64,000 nucleotides of DNA from a virus, in the IMG/VR virus record IMGVR_UViG_3300027710_000027; one strand, given 5' to 3'. Below are positions 38,301-47,428 of this stretch, piece after piece. Within the stretch, counting starts at the first letter, position 1, and each line of letters starts with the position of its first letter. The translations under genes and the position numbers were made by a program. The notes under the pieces were generated by a model, which had not been told where the DNA came from, ran no database searches, and worked only from the letters and a program-made list of their open reading frames with translations.

Positions 38301-41300
38301 AAGCAAAAGAGACCTTAATATTGTATTCAATGCATTAGGCAAAAAGCTAGATACAGTAGATGCTAGAAAAAAATTCATAGAGAAAGTAAATAGTATTCTA
38401 AAAGGATCTTTAGATAAGATTGCTATCAATGAATTAGATGCATTGAAAGCTACATTAAAAGCAGAAGCTAAAGGAGCAAAGGTTGCTACTAAAGCAGTGC
38501 AAACAAGTATTGCTAATGCGGTAGCTAAAATAAAGTCACTTCAGAAAGGGAACAAGTTAACTCAAGCCCAAGCCAATGTTTTATTGAATGGGTTGAAATC
38601 TAATTTGATGAATCCTGCTATACGTGAGAACTTCTTTAATAGAGTTGAACGTGTATTAGATAACGCTGAGTATGCGGCTAAGGTAGCTCAGGCTAATGAT
38701 TTAAAAGCTAAGATTAAGAAAGCTATTAAGTCAGATACTGTAGTTGATGATATTAAGATTGCAGCAAGAGGACTCGTAGCTATCAGACCAAGTTTAGTAG
38801 AGGATATTGATGAGTATATTGATTATACTGAACAAATGTTCAATGCGGTACGTGGTGTAAAAGTAGTTAAAGGAGAAGTATTAGCAAGACGTGCAGCTGT
38901 ATTGTCTGAAATAAATGATTATGTTAAAGAGCAGAAAGATATCCAAGATGAGATAAATAAAAATATCTTATTGGATCAATACCAATATTTGGTGGATGCA
39001 AAACTAATCGACGACACTATGTCATTAGAAGACATTCAAAATTACATCTCATCAGTGGAAGAGAATGTAGAGAATGCAGATTCTACTAAGTCCGACATAG
39101 TAAAAGAATACACTAAGAATGCCTTTGAGGGGTTCTCTGATGTTGTACGTGATATGATGGCCAACGGGGAGATTGATGAGTTGGATGCCGATTTTGATTT
39201 GATTAACAATTTCTTAAATATGGACATTGAAGCATTGCCTCTTGATAAACAATTGGCTGCTGTAAATGCATTAGAGAACTTAATCGTTAATGGTATTACA
39301 ACTCGAATGGGAGCTGTGTATGAATCATACGTTGGTGTTACTAATTCCGATAAAGATTTAAATGCAGGTTTAGTCGCCCAACCATTAATCTATGGATTAT
39401 TAGGACGAATTCCTCTTGCTGGTAAGATATATAGTTCTCTATGGGGTCGCTATGTATCAAAGGTGGACTCTTTGGTTGTCAATATGTTTAGAAGCACAGC
39501 CAAGGGTATTAAGTTCTTAAGAAACTCTGGGTTTTCTGGAATTGTTAAGGGATTTGTTGATGGTAAAAGTATTGCTAATAAGTTTGCTGATAAATACTCA
39601 GAAAGATTTAAAGGCTCTAGACCAAATGACCAAGATTTCTATACAGCATATAATGCATACGAGCGTGGTATATTTGCTGATTTATCTAGAACCATTCTAA
39701 ATGGAACTCCTGAGGAAATTAAAAAAGAGTTCGATAGAAAGATGAAGCAATTACGTCTTACGATTGAAGAATTGAAAAAGACGAAAGACAGTTTATTGGT
39801 CAAGAAAGCTGACCTATATGACCAGGTATATCAAAAAATAAAAGATAAAAAAGATATCGATGGTGTTAAGAAAGAAATTGATCCTATAAATCAAACTGCT
39901 GTTCAGGAATTCCAAAACGAATGGAAAAAATACTATCCTGAATTTAAGAGAATGGCGGCCGATTATTATGGTATAATTCTAGGTGAAGATACAAACTATA
40001 CCCCTGAGATGTATGAAAAATTAGCCTCAGATACAAGCGTTGATTTATTGACTAAAGGTTCATTTAAAATGGATTTTGATGCAATAAAAACTGAGCGTGT
40101 TGGTACGTTACAAAAAATAAATAGAATAGAAGGTCTTCCTATGACGAATAATGAAGTTACCCGTGTTAGAGATTATGACTTTGATTCTGGTAATATTAAA
40201 GCTTTAGAAAGAACCATAATAGATGTAAGAACAACTCCTTTTGTTCAAAGGTATATGGGTTATATAAACTCAAACGCATTTAAAGAAATGATTCCTGATT
40301 ACAATCAAAGACAAATGATTAAGGATCGTTTGATGTTTAATATAAATGCATTAAGAGAGCGATCAGATACATCTAGTTTATATGAAACTAAGATTGCAGC
40401 TAAGGTACTCTCTACTGTAAGTCGTATGGGTACAAAGATTGGTTTAGGATCTATGAATGCTGCTGTTAAGCAATCATTGCCTATGACATTTAATACATTA
40501 ATCAATACTATTGACGACCCACAGGCTTATCTTAATAGCTTTGCAGATTATATGAATGATGATGCTATAAAAGCATTAAATAATTCTGGATATGGTATTT
40601 CTTTGCGTGGTGCAGAGTCTCAAACATCCATAGACTATGCAGAGAATTTAATAGAGAGGAATAAAAATAAGAATGTAAACCAATTGGTAGATGGTGCTTC
40701 AAATATAAGTGATTTCTATATTGAAACATTCTTAAAAAAGCCTGACGTTTTTGTAGCTAAAGTTTCTTGGTTTGCATACTACAGAAAGAAACTAAAGGAC
40801 TTAGGTTTAGATACAAATATTGACTGGAAAACTCACGAAATAAACGAAGAGGCTGCTGATTACGCTGAATATATGGTTCAAGATCAGCAAAATATGAACG
40901 TATCTGAGTTGGGAGGAAAGTTACTTGCATCTAAAAATCCAACCACAAAGATTATTCGTCAATTGGTATTTCCGTTTGCGTCTTATCAATTTAACTTAAA
41001 GGATAAGAATGCAAGAAATATAACAATACTTACATCTAAAAACTCTAACATTGAAGATAAAGCTGTTGCTTTACAATCTTTAGCATCCGGTATTGCTGAA
41101 TCATATATATTCGAATGGGTTCAAAGAGGTATACAAGGATGGTTATTAGCAGCAGCATATGCTTCTTTAGGTGGAGACGATAGAGACGAAGAGGATAAAT
41201 TACTAGACGAACAATTTAAGGATAAGATATTTTATGGTAAACTTTTTAATGAATTTGCTCTTAATTTACCTGAATTTACATCTGATTTAGTATTATTAAG

Positions 41301-41862
41301 CCTTAATTCAGCTTTAGATATGATTCAAGGAGGTACTCCAGATGAACAACTAAAAGCTAAAAAAGAAGCTGAAAAAGAAGCCGAGAAAGAAGCTGCTAAA
41401 AATGCAGAATCATTATTAGGCAAAAAAGTAAAGGGCAAACGTAAACCTAGAAAAACATTACAAGAAAGAGAGACAGCAAAGAAAAAAGAAAGGCTAGATA
41501 CTCCATTTAGATTCTATGTAAAAGACCCGAAAGAGGGAGAAAGTTTAATGTCCTTAATTGGTGGTGTTCCGAATGTCGCTTATGAAACATTGTATAAAAT
41601 ATACCAAACGTATAAAGATGCAGACAAAGGTTACTTCACTGATAAGTATGGGAATAAAACAGAATACACAGAGGAGCAGAAGAAACAACTAAAATTATCC
41701 TTGATACCTAGAGCCATAACTGCTAGTACATTAGGGCCAAGAGAATTCTTGAGTTATGGAACAAACATCGAGAAGATTGTAAAGAATCAAGCTTTGAAAA
41801 ATAAAAAGAAAGCTAAAGAAGAAAAAACTGCTTCTAAATCAAAAACAAAAGTGAAGTTCTAA
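35338..41862 (+). CDS. Giant internal virion / ejection protein
   Basis: 2174 aa, largely helical, last gene of the structural operon. Confidence 0.7.
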   Translation: MMDNTSRKKLHNLLVSENLYTKSFDDFEKQFSNPESQKKLHGLLVSEDLYTKPETEFYTQFFGEAKKKNPSQPTEEVLSVSGASASPTAPRQKGSILKSPTQGESMGLLLLDPSKKKNKFDYTNPVFFAPKGSVTKDVDFVGKALSGKSKDLSIKQVDLKKRADLLSKQYDELNAYIELNPNDPSVNAKIATLENQKESLNKESETVNQDVAQLNQDVKGLNKLVTQNYAEKAKQGNWGGALWNSVVTGFEKYGQGMQRATIDAGIEILDLMGIPYASKQKESELRNKVIKESKGKLTEDQIQTKVKDLSKKEVINEFKPILKKGYEGVKSEGTTEEFIQEKKKSGDIAQAVLGVAESIPMMASGGYGRFATGAMQMYANLNEEMDNNPQTASMDENERKKITLPIAIVSGFLEDFGFRNVLGKGTPLLGRFTNMVLSQIPKNATLGAIELATKKVAESAVGKMILQGGTTAAKAYLSEFETGGLQSATEVVTKEIYDKANNIDLFENPKLLSGEFLDKVLYDAHVEGLGGLIMGGTISGAQRALSGKQMSDADFEEWRDLVLDDNHMTATLANLQVQFIEGKITEDQAKASIKELANSKKILQEIPDNLSTKGQREAFALIAQNQKVQNEIDDLSAYMANKNPQLVKNIAAEIESKQAIINKNNEQLSKIPENAVQEQTTSEVPVQPETGVSGEVAQGEPQAEPEVVTEEVKAEEVTPTEEVVTTTEEVVTPAVTIIDAVDKPKVFTLDGKRGSLYTEENGTVVFESDDRITELGNINEIQDQSLEELGLSEEAPLEITVNDDNSVTIEGNTLLNNYSDPMAAINYDENGDVVSVNLDTNNNQKRTIRGQRAQEIAYQYTLKNFEQNATEQDIDEVFGAIEQTPTTQGVTEQVTSGPTVTVTEEVQPEEVVEQVTEEPVTPTKGKKAPSAKKILGQEPGKKVPVNEVTGLKEKLRVESKAAKTGFDFAEKARKLINDYVKKNIQGALSKRDLNIVFNALGKKLDTVDARKKFIEKVNSILKGSLDKIAINELDALKATLKAEAKGAKVATKAVQTSIANAVAKIKSLQKGNKLTQAQANVLLNGLKSNLMNPAIRENFFNRVERVLDNAEYAAKVAQANDLKAKIKKAIKSDTVVDDIKIAARGLVAIRPSLVEDIDEYIDYTEQMFNAVRGVKVVKGEVLARRAAVLSEINDYVKEQKDIQDEINKNILLDQYQYLVDAKLIDDTMSLEDIQNYISSVEENVENADSTKSDIVKEYTKNAFEGFSDVVRDMMANGEIDELDADFDLINNFLNMDIEALPLDKQLAAVNALENLIVNGITTRMGAVYESYVGVTNSDKDLNAGLVAQPLIYGLLGRIPLAGKIYSSLWGRYVSKVDSLVVNMFRSTAKGIKFLRNSGFSGIVKGFVDGKSIANKFADKYSERFKGSRPNDQDFYTAYNAYERGIFADLSRTILNGTPEEIKKEFDRKMKQLRLTIEELKKTKDSLLVKKADLYDQVYQKIKDKKDIDGVKKEIDPINQTAVQEFQNEWKKYYPEFKRMAADYYGIILGEDTNYTPEMYEKLASDTSVDLLTKGSFKMDFDAIKTERVGTLQKINRIEGLPMTNNEVTRVRDYDFDSGNIKALERTIIDVRTTPFVQRYMGYINSNAFKEMIPDYNQRQMIKDRLMFNINALRERSDTSSLYETKIAAKVLSTVSRMGTKIGLGSMNAAVKQSLPMTFNTLINTIDDPQAYLNSFADYMNDDAIKALNNSGYGISLRGAESQTSIDYAENLIERNKNKNVNQLVDGASNISDFYIETFLKKPDVFVAKVSWFAYYRKKLKDLGLDTNIDWKTHEINEEAADYAEYMVQDQQNMNVSELGGKLLASKNPTTKIIRQLVFPFASYQFNLKDKNARNITILTSKNSNIEDKAVALQSLASGIAESYIFEWVQRGIQGWLLAAAYASLGGDDRDEEDKLLDEQFKDKIFYGKLFNEFALNLPEFTSDLVLLSLNSALDMIQGGTPDEQLKAKKEAEKEAEKEAAKNAESLLGKKVKGKRKPRKTLQERETAKKKERLDTPFRFYVKDPKEGESLMSLIGGVPNVAYETLYKIYQTYKDADKGYFTDKYGNKTEYTEEQKKQLKLSLIPRAITASTLGPREFLSYGTNIEKIVKNQALKNKKKAKEEKTASKSKTKVKF

Positions 41863-41865
41863 AAT

Positions 41866-41893
41866 AAAAATGGGGGCCAAGAGCCCCCTTTTT
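41866..41893. terminator. Bidirectional intrinsic terminator
   Basis: AAAAAT-GGGGGC-CAAGA-GCCCCC-TTTTT at the convergence of the two genome arms. Confidence 0.85.
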
Positions 41894-41916
41894 AACTAAT
41901 CACCTTATACGCAATT

Positions 41917-42270
41917 TTAACTTAAAAATCTTAATTTATATAGAGTTGTACTCAATAACTCTTGTGTGTTGTCAACCATTTGTTGCAAGTAGCCATCAGT
42001 TAATGTAGCCTTATACATTTCAAATGCTGACATCTTTTCTTTCAAATAAGATACCATATCAACAGACTCATCTAATTTAAAAGACTTGTATCCTTTGATG
42101 ATGCCATACTTACCTTGGTAAGCCTCCACGAATGCGTCGAACTGGTCAGCAATTCCGTCGTATAATTCATTCAAAGCCTTATGCTCTGCGAATGATGATG
42201 TCTGTAGGTGTGCGATGTGAGATATATTCTCAATCTCCATCAATGCACTAACATATTCTTGTACTGTCAT
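41917..42270 (-). CDS. Ferritin-like four-helix protein (DUF5856-like)
   Basis: HIAHLQTSSFAEHKALNELYD...DAFVEAYQGKYG; own TATTTTTG promoter at 42286-42293 (minus). Confidence 0.75.
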   Translation of the reverse strand: MTVQEYVSALMEIENISHIAHLQTSSFAEHKALNELYDGIADQFDAFVEAYQGKYGIIKGYKSFKLDESVDMVSYLKEKMSAFEMYKATLTDGYLQQMVDNTQELLSTTLYKLRFLS

Positions 42271-42293
42271 GATATTATGTTTTCACAAAAATA

Positions 42294-43427
42294 CTAAAAT
42301 ATATTAACTAGTCGTGCAACCTGCCCATTCTCTTTGTGGTGGATGAATCCCTCAACCGCTTTAGGTGCGTGTTGATAGCCATTTCTATGGTGCCATGAAT
42401 CGGTACCACTGGGAGATCGGAGAGACTCGACGCAAACGCCCATATAATCCTTAGAAGACTTGTGGTGCACATGGTGAGTATATACGTAACGGTGTTTGGA
42501 TTCTGCCCACTCCTTGCTTGCTTCATGAGCCATTAATAAAGGTAAGTCTTGAGTCTTCGCACCATCGCCATGCGTAGTCCCAATTAAATTGTTTCCATAT
42601 TTTGTATACTTTCTGTGTGCGATAGAGCAATCAAATGTAATGTTGGGATTGTTGTGGAACCAAGACTCAATAGCATCAGCTAAAAAGAAACCATTAGTGT
42701 AGTCGTGGTTTGATGGGTTGAACACAAAGTGAACGTCAGCAATACTAATTAGCATCTCGATGACGTCGATATATAGCTTCTTAGCGACTCTAAAGTTGTC
42801 ATACCACATTCCATCTGTATCTTGTGGAGTTCCGCCCGTAGTCGTACGCTTTGGTGTGTCTATATGAAGAATGTCATTGCCACCTACAAAAAGAATCTTG
42901 TCGATATTAAATCCTGATGCCTTTTGTATAATACCACGTACACCATCAAGTACACGCTGAACAGCGATGTGATTATTGTAATCATCTCCAGTCTCAAATG
43001 AGGAGGCTAACTTACCGATGTGAATGTCAGCTGGGTCAACTACTAATAGGTGGCCATCTTGATTATTGTTACGATCTAACTTAGGGTATACAGGTGCGTG
43101 CTTTTGCATCTCAGCCACGATGTCTGCTCGCATATCATGGTAGGCTTCTATCGGGTCTTTCTTGTCAACCTTAACAAATATAGAATGCTTGTCTGTTTTT
43201 AGCCAGTAGTGCGACACCTCACCTGCGGGTGCACCTTGCGCATCACACTCATCACTGAGGCTCTTGTGCTCTATCTTTAAAATGTATGCGGATATTTTCT
43301 TGCGAAGAGTCTCTACGTTGCGGTCGTGCATACTGTAGTGTTCCTGTACTCTTTTAGCAATCTCAGCTTTATTAAGGTCTCCCTGCTGGTGTAGTTCTAG
43401 TGCGTATTCTAGGTAAGGTTTCATCAC
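42294..43427 (-). CDS. Calcineurin-like metallophosphoesterase with N-terminal HTH-like region
   Basis: DPADIHIGK, GGNDILH, PSNHD, THGD, THHVHH motifs. Confidence 0.85.
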   Translation of the reverse strand: MMKPYLEYALELHQQGDLNKAEIAKRVQEHYSMHDRNVETLRKKISAYILKIEHKSLSDECDAQGAPAGEVSHYWLKTDKHSIFVKVDKKDPIEAYHDMRADIVAEMQKHAPVYPKLDRNNNQDGHLLVVDPADIHIGKLASSFETGDDYNNHIAVQRVLDGVRGIIQKASGFNIDKILFVGGNDILHIDTPKRTTTGGTPQDTDGMWYDNFRVAKKLYIDVIEMLISIADVHFVFNPSNHDYTNGFFLADAIESWFHNNPNITFDCSIAHRKYTKYGNNLIGTTHGDGAKTQDLPLLMAHEASKEWAESKHRYVYTHHVHHKSSKDYMGVCVESLRSPSGTDSWHHRNGYQHAPKAVEGFIHHKENGQVARLVNIF

Positions 43428-43578
43428 GTAATTGATTTAATTTTTCGATTAGAATGTAAATGGAATCCTGAAGATCTTCGTACTCTTTGTCCATAAGAGC
43501 CTCATATATCTCATCCGTCATCTTATTGATGAATCGAATTGTTGTGTTAGTATAGTCAATATGCTCTTTCATAAACAA
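43372..43578 (-). CDS. Hypothetical protein
   Basis: 68 aa helical ORF. Confidence 0.5.
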   Translation of the reverse strand: MFMKEHIDYTNTTIRFINKMTDEIYEALMDKEYEDLQDSIYILIEKLNQLRDETLPRIRTRTTPAGRP

Positions 43579-43581
43579 ATA

Positions 43582-43615
43582 AAGGGGAAGTGTAAAACGA
43601 TAAACACCTCCCCTT
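43582..43615 (-). terminator. Hairpin, probable terminator downstream of nrdA
   Basis: AAGGGGAAGTGT...ACACCTCCCCTT. Confidence 0.55.
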
Positions 43616-43689
43616 CAAAAAAATTATCACTTTAACCTTTGTAAATTTAGTTAAATATCTAATTACTTGTATATTTTTAATAAAAAATT

Positions 43690-45453
43690 TTAACCATCAC
43701 AAGATAAACAATCAGGGTCGGTTGCACGTGTAGCAATATCAGCACGTAAAACAGACTCAGTTCGCATATAATACAATGTTTTGATGCGTTGTCTCCATGC
43801 CTCCATGTGTACCTGATTAATCCATTTAGGTGTAGCCTGAGATGGGAATGCTAGGTTCAACGAAACAGATTGGTCGATGTACTGCTGACGGATACCTGCC
43901 TGTTTAATTAATTCTAATTGGTTTATCTCCTTGAATGTTTTAAATACATCTTTAACTGGGATGTGGTCATCGCCTTCAGGATTCTCTGTCAACTTACCGT
44001 TCACATAGAACCAACTGTCTAGCTCAGGTATGTCTTGGATTGATCCACCATCGGCAAGAATCTTATCCCATATCTCTCTAGTGTTAATGCCAATCTTCTT
44101 TAGCACTTTCTCAAGTTCTTTGTTCTTGCGAATGAATGTACCCTTAGCTGATTGGTCTGTGAATACGTTAGCGGCCCAAGGCTCAACACCAGCTGATACG
44201 TTACCACTTAGTTTAGAGTTGGATACTGTGGGAGCAATAGCACGAAGGTGTGTGTTACGCATACCTGTCTCTACGCACCATAGTGGCTCACCATATTCAG
44301 CGGCCATGTCACGTGATGCACGCTCAGACTCAATCTTAATCTGAGAGAATATCTTACGTGTCTCAAATTGAGCAAGTAGTCCTTCGAATGGAATACCTTT
44401 CTGTTGTAAGTATGTATGCCACCCAAGTACACCTAGGCCAATAGCACGACCTTTCTCAGCGAAGCGAACTACATTCTCGAAGCCTTTCATGTTCTTAGCT
44501 TTTTGGATGAACTCCTCTAGCACACCATCTAGGAACCATGTAGCTACATAGATTAAGTCTGTGTCTTTCCACTCATCGTACTTAGCTAGGTTGACTGATG
44601 ACAGACAACAAACAAAGCTATGGTTTTCATCTGTGTGCAATACGATTTCAGAGCAGATGTTGGTCATGTATACCTTCAAGCTATTCTTCTTGTATGCCTC
44701 AGGGTTCTGCTTGTTCACGTTGCCTTTGAACATAATGTACGGTTCACCTGTGGCCTTACGCTTCTGCAGTAACTTACCCCACTTGCGACGGGCATCCACA
44801 TCTCCATCTTCTAGCTTACGCATAAACTTATCACCCACCACAGCACATTGGTGTAGGTTTAAGCACTGACGATTTACATCCCCTTTAGGCTCACGAATCT
44901 CTAACCAATCCTCAAAGTCTTTGTGCTCAATGTTTAGATTACTCGATGCCGCACCACGACGGACATTGCCCTGTGATGTTGCAAGAATAGTAGAGTCAAA
45001 TATCTTACTAAATGGAATAACACCATCAGACGTACCGTTCTTAGATATCTTTGATCCTGCAGGACGGATGCGGTTAAAGCCCACACCTACTCCGCCACCA
45101 TGCTTGGCTAGTAGCATCATCTCTAAGTTTTTGGTTCCGATATCAAACACTGAGTCCTCAATGTCAATACCATAACAAGAAATAGGTAAGCCTCTGTCTG
45201 TTCCTGTGTTAGATAGCACAGGTGTGGCTAGGTTTAACCATCCATTCCAAATGTATTGAAAGAACTTGTCAGCCAACTCAGGCTTACCAAGTCTATCAGC
45301 TACAGCACGAGACACACGTGCGTATGCGTTTATTGGTTTCTCTCCTGCAAGCAGGTATCCACCTGAGATTGTCTTTACGTATTCGGGTGAGTTACCCCAA
45401 GCTGGGAAATCTACATCTAGTTCCCATCCTAGGCTCTCTGCGTGATTAATCAT
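43690..45453 (-). CDS. nrdA: Ribonucleotide reductase class I alpha subunit (small, no ATP cone; NrdAi-like)
   Basis: TPVLSN, PISCYG, RRGA, TNICSEI, CCLSSVN, APTVSNS, DQSVSLN, TLYY, C-terminal CLSCDG. Confidence 0.95.
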   Translation of the reverse strand: MINHAESLGWELDVDFPAWGNSPEYVKTISGGYLLAGEKPINAYARVSRAVADRLGKPELADKFFQYIWNGWLNLATPVLSNTGTDRGLPISCYGIDIEDSVFDIGTKNLEMMLLAKHGGGVGVGFNRIRPAGSKISKNGTSDGVIPFSKIFDSTILATSQGNVRRGAASSNLNIEHKDFEDWLEIREPKGDVNRQCLNLHQCAVVGDKFMRKLEDGDVDARRKWGKLLQKRKATGEPYIMFKGNVNKQNPEAYKKNSLKVYMTNICSEIVLHTDENHSFVCCLSSVNLAKYDEWKDTDLIYVATWFLDGVLEEFIQKAKNMKGFENVVRFAEKGRAIGLGVLGWHTYLQQKGIPFEGLLAQFETRKIFSQIKIESERASRDMAAEYGEPLWCVETGMRNTHLRAIAPTVSNSKLSGNVSAGVEPWAANVFTDQSAKGTFIRKNKELEKVLKKIGINTREIWDKILADGGSIQDIPELDSWFYVNGKLTENPEGDDHIPVKDVFKTFKEINQLELIKQAGIRQQYIDQSVSLNLAFPSQATPKWINQVHMEAWRQRIKTLYYMRTESVLRADIATRATDPDCLSCDG

Positions 45454-45539
45454 TTTCTAAAGATTTAATTAGTTCAAGTAAAAATTCTATCATTTGCACA
45501 GCACTCTCGGAGCTACTTGCATCTATCGAAGCGGTTGAC

Positions 45540-45836
45540 TTATCTGGCAACACTATCTCCATTTTTATCGGGGAGTTTGGCATAGCTAAAAGATGTTAAA
45601 AAGTTTGTTAGAGGCTCTATCTCGTCAAAGTAAAAGTCATCATCAAATAAGTACACATGCCACCTGCCAAGTTTTGCTTCATCATCAGCGTTAGTTATCA
45701 AGGTAGTGTGATTGGATATTACATACACGTAGTAATAGAAATCGTGCTCATGCCCTGACTCGTGTTTAGAGATAAGTACTTTCTCAAAACCTAAATCTAT
45801 TAGGTCTTGTTCGTGAATTGGGTGATGCTTGATCAT
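45540..45836 (-). CDS. Hypothetical protein
   Basis: 98 aa; DLIDLGFEKV...DFYYY pattern. Confidence 0.55.
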   Translation of the reverse strand: MIKHHPIHEQDLIDLGFEKVLISKHESGHEHDFYYYVYVISNHTTLITNADDEAKLGRWHVYLFDDDFYFDEIEPLTNFLTSFSYAKLPDKNGDSVAR

Positions 45837-45859
45837 CGTTTTATTTAATTTAGTTAAAT

Positions 45860-46852
45860 TTAAAACATGTCACTCCAGTCCTCGCCTTCGTTGGCTTTAC
45901 TGTATGCTGTTGGTCTAGTTGCAAAGAAATCAGAATGCTCAACGCCTGCTGTTAATTGGTAGAACCAATCTAATTGTTCAGCGGCCGCAGGGTCGTAAGC
46001 AAAGATAGGGTCATAGCCTAACTCTACTAACTTGTCATTGATGCGTTTGTGCATAAAGTGTTTGAGGTCGTAAGCCTTTAAGTTCTCTAAGTCTCCCCTC
46101 TCGAATATCTTGTCGATGAATTTCATCTCCATATCAAGCGTTAACTTAGCCGCCTCGATGATAGCATCCTTGGCATCTGTCTTTAGGTCAGGGAACTCCT
46201 CGCACATGTGACGGAACAATTGACATCCCATCTTAGAATGCAAAGCCTCATCCCTTACAGACCACTTCATCTGTTGGCCAACACCTTTTAGCTTGTTGTT
46301 CAATTGGAACGAGTAGAGCACAGCGAATGAGCTGTACAGTGCTACTCCCTCAGTGAACGCTGAGAAGATTGCTAGTGATTTAGCCACATCTCTACGGGCC
46401 GGTGCACTGGTGCAAAGAATCTTATAATTGTAATGGTGAGGCACAGATGTTAATGCCTCCACACGACTAGCAATAGCAGGCTCGTGCATGAATCCTTCGT
46501 AGTCATCAAGACCAAGGGTATCATTAAGATACGAGTAAGCTGTTGCGTGAACAGTCTCCTGAGCTCCGAACATCATAGCCATCTGAATGATTTCATACTT
46601 AGGAAACCAATCAGTCACCATGCCTGTCCAATAGTCTGACACAGCACATTCTGTTTGAGCGAAGCCTAGTAGGATATTGCCTACCACGTGCTTCTCATTC
46701 TCTGTTAGATTCTCATTCCAATCCTTTACATCGGATGACATGGGAATCTCTGTGTGTAACCAAAATGCCTGAGCTTGTTTAAGCCATCCTTCTGTATAGT
46801 ACTCAGGGTATTCAAAAGGTTTGTATGCAATTCTTTTTTCAAATAAGCTCAT
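45860..46852 (-). CDS. nrdB: Ribonucleotide reductase class I beta subunit (NrdBi-like)
   Basis: YKPFEYP, FWLHTE, ETVHATAY, TEGVALYSSF, RDEALH, DFFATRPTAY. Confidence 0.95.
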   Translation of the reverse strand: MSLFEKRIAYKPFEYPEYYTEGWLKQAQAFWLHTEIPMSSDVKDWNENLTENEKHVVGNILLGFAQTECAVSDYWTGMVTDWFPKYEIIQMAMMFGAQETVHATAYSYLNDTLGLDDYEGFMHEPAIASRVEALTSVPHHYNYKILCTSAPARRDVAKSLAIFSAFTEGVALYSSFAVLYSFQLNNKLKGVGQQMKWSVRDEALHSKMGCQLFRHMCEEFPDLKTDAKDAIIEAAKLTLDMEMKFIDKIFERGDLENLKAYDLKHFMHKRINDKLVELGYDPIFAYDPAAAEQLDWFYQLTAGVEHSDFFATRPTAYSKANEGEDWSDMF

Positions 46853-47231
46853 AAGATGCGATAAATCGTTTTATTGTTTTGTCTTTAATAATTTGATTGC
46901 CAGCTAGTACCTCGTCTAAAAATTCGTCGATGTCTATCTGCTCTAGTAACTCAACTGCTACCATATCTTCAGGAGGTTGGTTATCAAACGTTATTTCTCC
47001 TTTAGAAGCTAAGAACCTAAAATACTTGGGCTCTTCTCCTACCACGTTAAAGACGATACTTCTATCATCATTTTCGTTTATTTCGTTTGAGAAGTATACC
47101 AATGCATCAGTTACCTGATCAAAAGTATCCGCCTTCATCGAGTTTATCCACCCGAAAAGACTCCTCGGTACTGCTACCATCTGTCTGTCCTCGAAATACT
47201 TCGACTCTAAATCCATGTTTTCTAAGCTCAT
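46839..47231 (-). CDS. Hypothetical protein
   Basis: 130 aa ORF; start codon uncertain. Confidence 0.5.
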   Translation of the reverse strand: MSLENMDLESKYFEDRQMVAVPRSLFGWINSMKADTFDQVTDALVYFSNEINENDDRSIVFNVVGEEPKYFRFLASKGEITFDNQPPEDMVAVELLEQIDIDEFLDEVLAGNQIIKDKTIKRFIASYELI

Positions 47232-47424
47232 CTAGTCTAAATTTTTGTAAGTCCGATACTTTTCCTGTTGGTGTCTTCACCTCACTAAACAAAACTCCTT
47301 TCGTCGGGTGCAAAGCTAGTAAGTCAGGTATGCCGTTCTTGTTAGTCTTAATTAACTTAAGAACGTAGTACCCTTCTTTCTCTAGTTGCTTAATTCGTTT
47401 GGATTGGATTTGTTGTTCTGACAT
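47119..47424 (-). CDS. VRR-NUC / PD-(D/E)XK nuclease (resolvase-like)
   Basis: EQQIQ...GIPDLL...FSEVK...SDLQKFRL. Confidence 0.82.
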   Translation of the reverse strand: MSEQQIQSKRIKQLEKEGYYVLKLIKTNKNGIPDLLALHPTKGVLFSEVKTPTGKVSDLQKFRLDELRKHGFRVEVFRGQTDGSSTEESFRVDKLDEGGYF

Positions 47425-47428
47425 GGGG

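Noticed and set aside
35338-41862. Giant virion protein as a crAss-type virion RNA polymerase
   Set aside because: No DxDGD or DFDID catalytic motif recognised
42308-45449. Alternative-frame and antisense ORFs inside the phosphoesterase and nrdA genes
   Set aside because: Fully nested in well-supported genes with no motifs
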